The notes under the pieces: generated by a model
Databases searched by the model: none
The model's input: the letters and a program-made list of their open reading frames with translations, nothing else
What the model was told of the DNA's origin: nothing
Shown: positions 48,499 through 61,523 of the stretch, in pieces
How positions within the stretch are numbered: the stretch's first letter is position 1
Layout of the letters: the number at the start of each line of letters is the position of its first letter
Assembly: GCA_964270895.1 (NCBI GenBank)
Contig: OZ185440.1
Strand: one strand, 5' to 3'
DNA length: 64,000 nucleotides
Source: Podarcis filfolensis
Lineage: Eukaryota
Made by a program: the position numbers and the translations under genes

Positions 48499-50548
48499 TA
48501 TACATAGATGGAAATGCTCCTCAGATATAGGGGAGTAGCTTTTGTGATCTTCATATGAATCTCCCCCGACCCAGGTTCAATGCCATGTTATAGACAGTGC
48601 CTCTGTATCTTAATTATATCTAAAAGGCAAATATTGTGTATTATCTAAGAATTATTAAACTACAGAGTTCAAAAGTAAGCAGAGTTTTAGTCCTCGTGGA
48701 AAACTCCAACAGATGTCGCAAAGGAAACCTGTGGGCAGGAAACATCAAACAAGTTATGTGAACGCAAGAGGGTCCTGTTTTTCCTGCTACACTGAATGAC
48801 AATCAGCTTTTGAAACTGAGGATATTTTCAAAAAGTGCATCCGTGGTATGCCAAGGAGGTCCACAGTTCAAAGGAAAAAATGTTCAATAATTCCACTGGG
48901 TTTGCAGCGTGTGAGAATGGAATTAAAAATCACAATATGAAATGAAATGCCTGGCTGGTGCTGAAAACAGCACAGAGCTCCCGCTATGTAACATAGAACT
49001 TTGAATCAAGTGTTTTCTTGCCTCCAATCCACAGCATTGACCTGGTTCACACATACCATTAAACCGTGAGTTAACCACAAGTTGCTCCACAGACAATCAA
49101 ACAAACCATGGATTGTTTCTCCATAGTTGGGTTCGTTTTCCAGCTGTTCTTGCCTTATTGCCTTTGCATTTTGGTAAGCAACTATGGCAGCCAGGCAAAT
49201 CAAACTGCTATTAATTGCGGGTGCTGGGTTGCACATAACACCAAGTCATAGTAAAACAAACCAAGTTTCATAAGCCAACAACAAACCATGGCTTTTGATC
49301 ATGGTTAGTTGACAGTAAAGAAAGTATAATTAAGCCACGGGCCAGGGATTGCACTGAAAGCTAAGCCATGATTTAATAAAGCATGGCTTAGCATTATGTG
49401 CAAATGATGCCATTGATTACCACCAACATGGTAAAAGGTCACGGATGGTGGGAATTGTAGTACAACAACTTCTGGAAGACACCATGCTGGCTACATCTGC
49501 CATATTAGTACACCATTCTTCAGTATGAAACTGAAGCTGTGTAGTCCAATGTGCATTTACATGGGAGTCCCATTAAACCCAGTGAGTCTTCTGCCTGAGT
49601 ATATATGTACAGAATTGTGCTGTAAATTGATTTCATTAATCTTCACAAAATCCTATCAATAGATATTTTGCCGGTGTTCTAAGCTCCACTTTCCCTCCCT
49701 ATATGACCATATTGTTCCCTGCCTCCAAATAAGCATTGACATTATGCTAACTACATGATATTGACAACATATAACTCATTAACATAGAAGACTGTATTCC
49801 TGAGATTTTTCATTTCTTCACCTGCTTCGGTATATTTAATTTATCTGTCTGCAGAGTCTCCAGCAGGTTATGTTATCTGTATTTTCATTTCTGTTTTCTG
49901 TCTGTTATTTATCATGCACTTATCATAAAAATGTATTGAAATTCTGAAATGCAGACAATGGTTACTATAACAACTTAAGCTGCTTTGCAATGTACCATTC
50001 TGAGTTTTGTAATTTATATGTATGAGTCCTTATCGTGACTGAGTGAGCCACTTGGAGCTGGGTTCTTAGAAAAATTGAACGCTGTGACCTTGAAGCTACC
50101 AAAATGAACCCGTGAACATAGTGTTCAGAAGGTTTCAGAAGTCAAGCTCTGAAGAAAATTGGAGATAATCCCACTGTAGCCAATCAGTGACCTGAAACTC
50201 TGCTCTTTGTAGCTCACATGTTCAACTTTCTCTGCCATAGGCAGTCAGGTGCAGTGTAAGGACAGGATCTGCCAAATACCTCCAGCCTAGACTGCTGCAG
50301 TGTATTGTACCTGGGACAGCCTTTGGAAACAGTTCAGAAATTTCAGTGCAAAGCATGTGTTTCTAGGTTTAAAACAACACCACTGGTCCATTTCCAACAA
50401 TGATTGATTACACTGGTGCTAACCTACAACATGTGGGCCGAGAGTACCTGAAGAACTGTCTTCTTCCCTGTGGTCCTGTTCTTCCATTCAGATCTCTAGA
50501 GATGCAGTGGACAGTGACTTGACAGGGTGCCTTTTCATTTGTGAAAAA

Positions 50549-50935
50549 GGGACGCGGGTGGCGCTGTGGTCTAAACCACTGAGCCTATTGGGCCTGCCTA
50601 TCAGAAGGTTGGTGGTTTGAATCCCCACAACAGAGTGAGCTCCCGTTGCTCTGTCCCAGCTCCTGCCAACCTAGCAGTTTGAAAGCACACCAGTGCAAGT
50701 AGATAAATAGGTACTGCTGCAGTGGAAAGGTAAATGGTGTTTACGTGCGCTCTGGTTTCTGTCACAGTGTCCTGTTGCACCAGAAGCAGTTTAGTCATTC
50801 TAGCCACATGACCCAGAAAGCTGTCTGTGGACAAACGCCTCCTCCCTCAGCCTGAAGTGAGATGAGCGCCGCAACCCCATAGTCACCTTTGATTGGACTT
50901 AACCATCCAGGGGTCCTTTACCTTTACCTTTTACC
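50549..50935 (+). mobile_element. Sauria SINE (second subfamily) inserted in an L2 remnant
   Basis: gggacgcgggtggcgctgtggtctaaacc...(ACCTTT)n; 11-bp TSD TTTCATTTGTG at 50533-43 and 50936-46. Confidence 0.92.
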
Positions 50936-52561
50936 TTTCATTTGTGGTATTCCACCTCTAAAACACACTACCCATTTTTTTATTCTGATGTCATTTGGTC
51001 CAAGAAAGACCTTTTTATTTCTGCAGTCCTGTCAACTGAGATTTATTCTTTTGTTTCTTCACTCCTCTGTTTGATGCTATTTTTATTATTGTTTGGCTGT
51101 TTGCGTTTTCTGTTTTTAAATATTTTAGGTGTTTATTTTATTTCATAAAAATTATATACCACTTGTTTGTAAAGAAAATCCTCAAAGCCTTTATGTTACC
51201 TGCTTTGGGCATCCATGTGTCAAAAAGCAATGGATAAATTTTATAGTATTTCTTTTTTCCTTTAATGAGATTGTTCTGATGCTACAGGTATCACTATATA
51301 GCATTGCTCAGAGTTTTTTATTTTGCAGAGAGAGAGGTCAGAGATGGCAAATAGGAAGTGGAGGTTGGTGTAGGTGCAAGTAAATGAGAGATGTGCCTAG
51401 TTTGTGAATTAAAGTCATAGGTGACTGGGATCAATTGTACATTGTTTCTGCTTTGAGAATGAGCAGCTGATTTCATACTTTTGGGTGGATGGGGAGGACT
51501 CACTGCTGTACCAAGATATTACACATCAAGTTTCTTCATGCACAAAGTACCAAGCAGATGTGTTTCTCACACAGCTCTCCGTCTGCTAGATTTAATTGTG
51601 CAACAAGGTGTGTGATGGAAGGAAGGGGAGAGGGAGAGAGATAACCCTTTGGAAAGCTTGTTTTGCAGCTATCAACACTTGGTGTTGGTTGCCAAAATGA
51701 AAATCACAGATATCAATTGCATTCTAGCCTTTGCAAAAGACTCAAAGGAGAGTAGGATAATGGATTGATGAGTAGATAGAGGAAGCAGGACTGTTGAAGG
51801 CATGGAAGTGAGAGTGACAAAAGACCAGGGTGTTAACTCATAAGCAGACAACAGTTATGTGGGATAAACAGAAAAGGTGTAAATGGAGACAAGAGGGGTG
51901 ATACAGGAGGACCTCGACCTTTTTTTTAAACAAAACAAAACCCAAATACTGGGTTGTGAAATCATTACCTATGAATTGCTTTTTAAAATAGTTTGTGAAA
52001 GAAAATAATATTGACTAAGGTATATAATTAACATACGGCTGTCTGGTAGTAATGAATGAAAACACAGGTGTACCACTCAAAAGGGTATGGATCAGAAAAA
52101 TAAGTCATACACTTGTGCAGAGCCACATGGTAGGCCACCCCCCCCCCCCAAATTGTAGCTTACAAATAAAGCCCAGTGGAACAAAAAGCTCTTCATCTTG
52201 CCTTGAAATGACATCAGAATTTGGGCATGGAGAGCATCTCTGAGAAGGTATTCCAAAGGTGGAGAATGACAACCCAAAATTCGCTTTCTCTCAAGTCACT
52301 ACCTGTCCACTTCAGATGGCAGAGAAGGTCCTTCGGAGAGAAGGCCTTCTCAAAGGTGGACCTCCATTGATGACCACGACATTACCGAGATGGTTTTGAG
52401 AGATAATAAATTGCTTAGGGCCCCTCCAAAGGTTCCTAGCTGTGACAAGCTTTAACCATGCACTGGACTAGTCTGACACTTGTAGATAGTGAGATGTGAG
52501 TTCAATATTGTGCACTCTCAATTATTCACCAGTCATAGTTTGAATGATGTTTTGGCATTGA

Positions 52562-52687
<126 letters not shown>

Positions 52688-54697
52688 TGACTGCAGTGAT
52701 GATTGTCCGGTGATTGGCTCATTTTCAAAACTCCAAGAACTATTTGTTTGCTTTATGTGGGATCACTCAAGAAAGAATCTTGAGGCACTTGAATAACAGA
52801 TTTATTGTGCCATCATCTTTTGTAGACTAGTACCCTCTTCATCAGAAGCATGAAGTGTTATCTTCAGTTGGCCAATATAGAGAGATGCAGAGAAAGAGAG
52901 AGCGAGACGTCATAAGCAGTGGGGCAAGAAGTAGGGCCATGCAATAGAAGTTGGAGAAATAGGTGTGTCACCTTTCTATGCAGGACCCAAATGTATACAA
53001 GATAAGAAGGGGGTGACCCATCAGCAAGAGCAATCACTGTGATATTGTCTAATATTGCACAAGAAGTGATGTGTTAGAAGCAACGGTGATGACAGTTTTG
53101 CTCTCTTGGAATACATACTATTTGTGATTATGAGCCACTAGAGAAGATCAACGTATGGGAGCTGGGGCAAACCTTTATTTACTTAAATGTCAAATTTGAC
53201 CCATGAGCAGCAGGTGTCAGAAATAATGCAACACAGGGAACTTGGGGTGCGACTCTCTTCAATCAGGCAAAGACACTTTCATGGGTTTCATGAGTTTCCA
53301 ATAGTTTGAAAAAATTATGAGAATTACAGGGTGGAAGCGAATGTTTAGGAGGAAGCATTATTCTCAATTCATTGTTTGGCACTGACATGCAAAATAGGGG
53401 GCTATACTTACAAGAGAAAAGGTGTTATCCGTTTCTTGCCCAGAAACATTCCATAAGGAATTTTTTTTAATTCCAGATACCTTTGTCCTGGCTACTATTC
53501 CCAGTTGTCCAGGAGAAACATCTAGGAAGTCTGGCAATGTGACAGCTAGGAGTAGGATTACACATTCTCCATTCTGCCCACTGCTTCTCCCTAAAAAATA
53601 TCCCCCGCCACACCTTTATGTGCTGGCAGACTTCCCATTGTTGCACTGTATACCTGTTCAGTTATGAAGCTCATTCTCACTGGGCCAGTCCATAGTCTTT
53701 CCTTAATATGCCAAAATAGGAATGAGCCCTTTGCCCTTTCTCCCAATTCATTAATGTGCCTTCTTGCCCTCATGCACAATCCATTTTCCTCTCCCTCCAT
53801 AGCATGCCTGAAAGCATTGCCTGAAAGCAATGCAAAAAATATCCGTTGACCACAGTTTTGTCTCTGAACCAGACTCATTATTTAGACCCAGTCTTATCCT
53901 CAACCTGGTAACTCTGGGTTTGGATGAAATGAAAAGTTACGCTTCCTAGATTAATTGTGGCTTGCATGAAAGGATAAGTGGATGGGTTGCATTGTCTGAT
54001 AACTTGTCTTATATCTCACTATCAGTTTTGCACCTATCATTGCTTGGGGATTTAAGAAACCCAAAATGACCCTGCAGTTTTGAAAGTTTCTGTCTACCAT
54101 TTTGATTCAAAAGGGTATTCAATTGTATTTAAACATTAAAAAAAACTACTCCTAAGTATCAGCAAGCGTCTTGCAAAATTAGGTTACAGTATCTTAACAG
54201 GTGTCCAAAGGCATAGTGAGCAAACATCTTTCCAAAATATATGCTGAATTAAGCCAGATGGCCTGAACATTACCACTGTCTTATAGAGTCAACCGTAATT
54301 CTCTGGTATGTCTGCTCATAATAAGAATTGTGATACATTCACAGAAGCACGAAGCTGCTCTTCAGTTGATTGCAATTACAGTCACTTTATATTGAAGGAG
54401 ACATGGAGAATATAAACAAAAACAAAACAATTTCCTCCGTTCAAAATCCAATTAAAGTAGGTTTCAATACGAGGCCATGTTGTGCTTTGAACTGTAATAG
54501 TCGATACATGCACTAATCTGTCACACTGAAATGTGATTGATCAATGCAAAATTGCCCCCTTCAGGCCTTTACTTGTAAAATGGTGCTATAAGGTAAAGAG
54601 AATAATAAGGTGACATTTATAGACACTTCGCCACAGCGAACGGAAAGGCAGGCTCTTTAAAAGTACCAATTTAACAATGTCTTCCCTTCTATTACAG

Positions 54698-54751
54698 GGT
54701 GAAATTGGAGAACCAGGTCAGAAAGGGAGCAAAGGTGACAAAGGAGAAAAT
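54698..54751 (+). CDS. COL11A1: COL11A1 exon (~44), 54 nt
   Basis: attacag|GGTGAA...GAAAAT|gtgagt; GEIGEPGQKGSKGDKGEN. Confidence 0.97.
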
Positions 54752-56037
54752 GTGAGTTTTCTTTTCTTTCTTTCTTTTTCTGACTACTTCCTTCACTATA
54801 TTGCTTACTGCAATTCTTTATTGCTGGGGAATTAAAGAATGAAAACATGAATCAAAAACCAACATGCTGAGCAAGCAGGAAAGAGGCCTGCATTTTGCAG
54901 AGATATTCACGTTTGAAACAAAAAAACCCCCAGAGGAATTGGGTTCAATGTTACTTTATAATGCCTTTAAATGATGATAGTAATTGACCAACTTCTTTGT
55001 TCCAAGATATGTTAACATATTTTCCTCCACAATTGTCTGTCGCTGTTTTGCTTAGTTTCCTTTCACCTAGGTCCATGCTTGGATGTCTTTTGTTTACTTG
55101 CAGGAAAGCTATATTATTACATTATATTACATTATATTATATTATATTATATTAATAATATATCATTCAATAATCTTTTTCATATAAACCAATGTTTCAG
55201 ATTTCTTATGTGGTTAAAAAGGTCCTCTGCTTTGATTAAAGCAATTCTTCATTTAATTTTATCAAACTCAAAACTAGTAATCACAAGGGAATATTTTCAA
55301 GAACTATATATAGTTTATAAAATGAAAACTCCTCCAGGAAGAAATTATTTAGACTTGTTTGGCATGTGAGAACAGGTTGTTTTATGTAATTTTAAATTCC
55401 ATTTTATTTGTATGTTCAAGCATGGCTAACTAAAAATCAGCTCTGTCAGTAATGCCTTTTCCTGGGGCAGCATAAATAGATTTAATCTAAAATACGTCCT
55501 GGAACTTTTTTTTTCAGGGAGTGCAATGCAGTTGCACGTATTTAATATTTAAGACTGTCTAGGAAGAATTGTCCAATTGCAAGAGCAACTTACAGTCTCT
55601 TTGGGGAAATACAATTCCAACAAGAAGCATTCGTTTGCGATATGGATAGTGAAACTTTAGTTGATTTTTTCTCTCTGTAAATCTCCTCAGAAAGGTCTGG
55701 TATATTTTTAGTTCTGTAAAAGCCAGGCCAGGTCGTGATTCATATTCATGTTTGAACAGAAATCCACTTTTAAATATCCTGAAAATACTGCAAGCATAAT
55801 TACCTTTGATAAATGTCAGTTTCAAATGTATTGTAGACAAGCAAGTCTAAGATTTGGGGAGATGAACAAATAATGCTTGACTGCCTTGAATGTAAAAGAC
55901 CTTGGAGTAACAGCACCATCTCTCCAAAGAAATGTGGAAATGCTTATTAGGCCTGAATAATGCAAAATGCCCTCCTGTGGAGATGCTGTTCGTCTGACTT
56001 TAGATGCCAACATTACCTTCTTTCCTCCTCCTTTCAG

Positions 56038-56091
56038 GGTCCTCCTGGACCACCAGGTCTTCAAGGTCCCGTCGGAGCTCCTGGTATAGCT
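56038..56091 (+). CDS. COL11A1: COL11A1 exon (~45), 54 nt
   Basis: ctttcag|GGTCCT...ATAGCT|gtaagt; GPPGPPGLQGPVGAPGIA. Confidence 0.97.
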
Positions 56092-56448
56092 GTAAGTTTC
56101 TGCTTGTTATGCATAACTAACGAGTGCCTTCCCCCCCGAATTCTCATTAGTTATACCGAAGATTCAGGCATAATTTATGTTGCTTAAAATGAGAAATATC
56201 TTAAATCCTATCCTCAAGGCATCCGTGTCTATGCACTGCTCTGCTTACCGCAGGCTCCAGTCTTGGGTCAGTGCTCTGCTGCTTCAGTCTTCCATGAGTG
56301 CAACAATTCAAAAGGAATGAACAAAACATTGGGAAAATGCTTTGGCTCCGTTCATTCCAAGATGTGTTTATTAAATGCATATGGAAGCTGGAGTGGCGTT
56401 TCCAAGAACAGGTCCACTTGATAACTTAGTTTCTCTTTTTTTATTATA

Positions 56449-56669
56449 CAGTGGACCCTTGGGTTAAGTTACATTCTGGTAACGTAACTTTCGGGTTGCG
56501 AATGAGGCAAACCCGGAAGTTTATACTTCCGGGTTTTGCCACACACGCATGCACAGAAGTGCTCTATGACGACGCGCATGTGCGCAGAAGCAGCGCCTCA
56601 TGTTGTGGACTTTTCGGGGTACATAAGGACCCCCGGAATGAATTAAGTTCGTATCCGGAGGGTCCACTA
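56449..56669. mobile_element. Tc1/mariner (Tigger-like) MITE
   Basis: TA|CAGTGGACCC...GGGTCCACTA|TA; CpG-rich interior. Confidence 0.85.
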
Positions 56670-57046
56670 TACACACACACACACACAATTTTAATTAAAT
56701 TTTCTGTTTTACAATTTAGAATATTCATTTAGACAACGGTAACTTTGTTTCTCATCACTTAATTACTCATTAACTTGATGGCTCCCAGTTGAATGTGTGA
56801 TCTGACTCCCTTGAAAAGAAATGACATTGGCGATCTGGAAGTTCTGTCTGTATTGTTACATTCTTAATGGCTCATTTACATATTCAAACCATCACTCCGT
56901 GTTGCATTCTTCAACAATACAGGTGTAAAATCACCCCCACATTTGCTGGTATTTGCTGCAGATGTCTGTGTGACAGCATTTCAATTGGGGGGTTGTAGCC
57001 AACATTAGGGCCACATGGTAAGAGATACGGAATGAGCCCACAAAAA

Positions 57047-57319
57047 GAGGAAGACGAAGATGAAGACGAAGAAGGAGGAGGAGTTTGGATTTGATATTCC
57101 ACTTTATCACTACCCTAAGGAGTCTCAAAGTGGCTAATATTTTCCTTTCCCTTCCTCCCCCACAACAAACACTCTGTGAGGCGAGTGAGGCTGAGAGACT
57201 TCAGAGAAGTGTGACTGGCCCAAGGTCACCCAGCAGCTGCATGTGGAGGAGCGGAGACGCGAACCCGGTTCCCCAGATTACGTGACTACCGCTCTTAACC
57301 ACTACACCACACTGGCTCT
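57047..57319 (-). mobile_element. CORE/MIR-related tRNA SINE (Squam3-like) with degenerate (CTT/CTC)n tail
   Basis: Minus strand: agagccagtgtggtgtagtggttaagagcggt...gggttcgcgtctcc...gggtgaccttgggccagtcac...ctctcagcctcac; the tail appears on + as gaagacgaagatgaagac. Confidence 0.8.
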
Positions 57320-57958
57320 GGAAGCCAGAGACTGCCGGGACCTGCCTTGTTTGTTTTCCATTTACATAATAAGAATGTACATATGACAAACAGCAATCCT
57401 AGCCCACTTGCCTGGGACTAAGGCCCTTTCAATTCAGTGAGGACTTACTTCTGAGGCAACATTCTTAGGAGCTGGGTATTTGAGTCTTCAATTAGGTGCC
57501 TTTTGGAGTCAATTTTTGAGCAGTGAATGCACAACTTTTGTGAGCACTATGGACAGCTCTGGCATACACCATGGATTTATTTGTGTTCTCCTTCACTCAG
57601 ACCAGAATACTTTGTCCATTCCCAGAACACTACATCAGTTGCGATACTGTTGTATGGAATGTACTTTGCTGAGTGGTACCTATGACATTCTTGCGACAGG
57701 CACCTGAAGTCCGAGGCCATTTTATGACCTCTTAAAAATGTCTGTTTTGCAAGCTAGTAACTTTTATGGACTTATTTGCAAGGATGGACTAAAGGTTGCA
57801 AACTTGTACATTGTTAGCTGCTTAAATGTAACTGAAGTCAATGGAATTTATATAGCCTACAGAGCTGCAGTCAAAATCTGTGCTGTTTTCTTTTCACCCA
57901 TTGTCTGGTCAGACCTTTTTGCAAAACTAATGTAGCTAAAAAGTATCCATATAGTTTT

Positions 57959-57993
57959 CTTCATTCATTCATTCATTCATTCATTCATTCATT
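57959..57993 (+). repeat. (TTCA)n microsatellite
   Basis: ttcattcattcattc... Confidence 0.95.
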
Positions 57994-58480
57994 CCTTTAA
58001 AAAAAATTATGCAATGCCATTCAAGGCATATCCCACTAAAACAGTACTTTAAAAACATTTCATAGTCCAGCACAACACTCGCATAAAACCAGTTTAAACC
58101 ATTTAGTGGAAACAATGTGAAAAACCAGCAGCAGTATAGATCATTAAGTAATCAAAAATTCAAACCAACCTATTGGAAACTATTGTTCTGTCAGCATAAA
58201 TATTCCCAAATGAGAATTAAGCAGCATCTGCCAGCTCTTGAGCACAGTAGCTGCATTGATCAATGCACAACAAAATCGCATTGGGTGACTTTATTATGAC
58301 TGGGCCACTTACTTTAATTGTATTTGGAGAACACAAGCTAAGTTCACCGTAATTGTTGAATGAATGTGTTCGCACAATGTAGCTCTCTTCTTACAAATGC
58401 AAAATTGTGTCCCAATCACATTATGTAGAATTAGATCTCATTAATTTCAATGCACATAATTTTGGATCAGAACACAAGTT

Positions 58481-58519
<39 letters not shown>

Positions 58520-58597
58520 ATCACTAACTTGGGATGTTTCTTTTAAAAAAGTGGCTGTAAAAGTCTGACAGTAATTGTCCCTGTTTTAATCTACTAG

Positions 58598-58750
<153 letters not shown>

Positions 58751-60354
58751 TAAAATGGGCGTATCCTTATTCTGGGTTTCATAAAAATGACCAGTCTTTG
58801 GACCCCTCCAGACATTCTTTTTTATTGCACATTTGTGATGATGTGGGCTCATGATACTATTAGGGAGGTCACATCTCATCTTGATTTCAATACTGTCTAC
58901 AGAAGTGCTGGGTTGGTCACATTGCTTCATTTCCAATCAGTGCATATTCTGTAACTTCCTGCTGAAATACCATAAATATTGCCAAGGCAGGCGCATTAGG
59001 TGACCCATGAAAGCAGCAAAATAACCAGGTTGTACAATGGTGGTAGGATACCGTTAACCACGCCAAATCTTTATTGGTGGCAGCAGGCAGGGTGAGGGTA
59101 GGCATGGCATTAGGGTCAGGATCAGGTCATCATTCCCTGTTGACTGAATGGATCCACCGGGTTTGGACCTCTCCAAGCCAGTTCCATGAGGATCGGCCAG
59201 TGTTGAACCTTGCCGTGGTGCAAGCCAAACAAGCAAGGTCTTACTGGGTGACCAGGGTGCAGATTCCAACCAGGCAGATACCCCAACCTGAGCCTGGGGG
59301 TGTCATGGTCAGTCCTGCCCCTATACTATATTGATCCTTCCCAATGCCATTTCTGCCTTCAACAAATAATGTTTTTCTTCCTGACCAAAGAAGTCCACCA
59401 TTTCACTGAGGGAATGGCCTTGCTAGTGGAACATCTGGCTGGTCAGATGACGGAATGCTGGGCTGCATGGACCCTCGTCCTGTTTGAACAGGATTCTTTT
59501 CATTTTCCTGTGGCTCATAGCTCATTCTCATAGGCATTGCACTAGGGTACTTTTGTGAGCATTAGCTTCATGAGCCCTGGGCCCTTCAGCAGCAAAGGTC
59601 CAGGGATAGCACCACTCAACCAATTTACTTCACAGCCAATCTGCTGAATAGTTCACATAGCAACATGTACAGGGTGGAACATTTGATGCAAGTGCCCTAT
59701 TTAGAACCCTCTTCTCTCCTTGAATTACCATTAATGCGTTTGGGGCTAGAAAATTTAACACGATTTCTTTTTCTTTATTTCTAAGTGAAGAGACTCGATT
59801 TTTAATACGTGATCATTCAAACTTGGTGTAGCATCGAAAGGTAGTGGAAATGTCAGGGACTCTGTATAGGTGTTTAGGAAATGGAAATGCAGTTTCAATT
59901 TGGTCTGCGTCGAAAAGAGAAATATATTTCACCTTTGTGTGTTTTGATTTACTGAAACGTTGCATAAGGGTAACCACACATTATTTAGAGGCTTAAACGA
60001 ATGAACGTTGAGCTCTAGTGGAATTACATTTCATTAAACCTTCAAGTGTGTTAAGGATGCCAAAGATGCTGGTGGTAATAAAGGGCCATTGAGCAACCAA
60101 GAGCTCTGTATTTGTCGCTAATGCATAGTAAAAATGAAAACCTTGCACAGCTTTCCCCCCCTTTTGTTGTTTATAATATTTCAATCTTATCAAATCCCAT
60201 CAGATATACTAATGATGCCACATTTTTATGCCGTTTGTGACCTCCCTTCACCTCTCCCCTTCACATCCTGGCATTTTCCTTATGTTATACTCTTGCAAAG
60301 TTCCTTCCTTCCCCAAGGTGCCCAGACTAGAGGAGCTTCCTCTCCTGGCACTGT

Positions 60355-60679
60355 ATAGAATCATAGAAATGTAGAGCTGGAAGGGATCCCAGGGATCATC
60401 TAGTCCAACCCCCTGCAATGCAGGAATCTCGGCTAAAGCAACCATGACAGATGGCCATCCAACGTCTGCTTAAAAACCTGCAAGGAAGGAGAGACCGCAA
60501 CTTTCCAAGGGAGTCCGTTCTAATGTTGAACAGCACTTACTGTCAGAAATTTCATCCGAATATTTAGTTGGAATCTCTTTTCTTGTAACTTGGTTTGAGT
60601 CCTACCCTCCAGAGCAGGAGAAAACAAGCTTGCTCCATCTTCCGTGTGACAGCCCTTGAGATATTTGAAGAGGGCTATC
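60355..60679 (-). mobile_element. CR1 LINE 3' fragment
   Basis: tagaatcatagaa...ccccctgcaatgcagg...cagcccttgagatatttgaag; CR1 3' UTR with ATTCTATG-type tail. Confidence 0.9.
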
Positions 60680-61385
60680 TGAAGCTAGAGAAATAGGTTT
60701 TGATTTGGCAAAGCTGCTGCTTGTGAGTTGGAAGAAAACCTTGGCTCCATTGAAACCAAAGTGGCAAAGCTCCCACTAGTTTCAGGGGTGGAAATATGTC
60801 ACTGCAATTATTTGCAAGGTTGTATTTGAAGATTGCGATTTGGCAAAGAGCAGCATACTTAACCTTAGGCATATCTGTTCTCCTATGGCCGTTAATAGTA
60901 CCACTTACAGGTTTTTACAGTTGAACCCGTATGTAACTTTCAACATAATTGAGGGCCTAAATTTGAATTACTAAAGGCAGGTTTATGGCTCAATAAATCT
61001 TAATAACAAACTGTTGGGTACGTTGTTAGTATCTGTCATGACAGCAAATTGTAATTGATGAAATACTTGCATCTGCAACACAGAGGTCTTTACCTTTTCT
61101 ACAGTCACACCTACAAATGAGCAGATTTGTAGGCAATTATTCATCCAAGACATTTAAGCTGCAATTATCCTAACCCTTCTGTCATCAGTGCACCTCTGCT
61201 ATCCTCAGATATTTATTGTGTGGCTAAACAAAATGATGCAGTCCAACCAAAGTTAGGCACTTTTGGTGTCCTTCCACTTCTACCTCAAGGATGGAGCTCT
61301 ACAAACAAAAATTATGCTTTACTCTTCTGTAGGTAACAATAGGGAAGGCTTGCTTAATTTCACAAGGCTACCACACTACATCATG

Positions 61386-61388
<3 letters not shown>

Positions 61389-61427
<39 letters not shown>
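61389..61427 (+). repeat. (TA)n microsatellite
   Basis: About 19 TA units. Confidence 0.95.
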
Positions 61428-61431
<4 letters not shown>

Positions 61432-61523
61432 GGTATATATGAACAGCCTTTCTCAACCTTGGCTGCCCAGAGGTTGTTGGACTGCAACTCCTATCATCCC
61501 TAGCTAGGGACACCAGTGGTCAG

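Noticed and set aside
57047-57082. Acidic EEDEDEDEEEGG-like coding stretch
   Set aside because: It is the degenerate simple-repeat tail of the antisense SINE.
59038-59305. Possible short antisense solo LTR (TG..CA ends, aataaagatttggcg on the minus strand)
   Set aside because: No TSD found and the boundaries are ambiguous; too weak to call.
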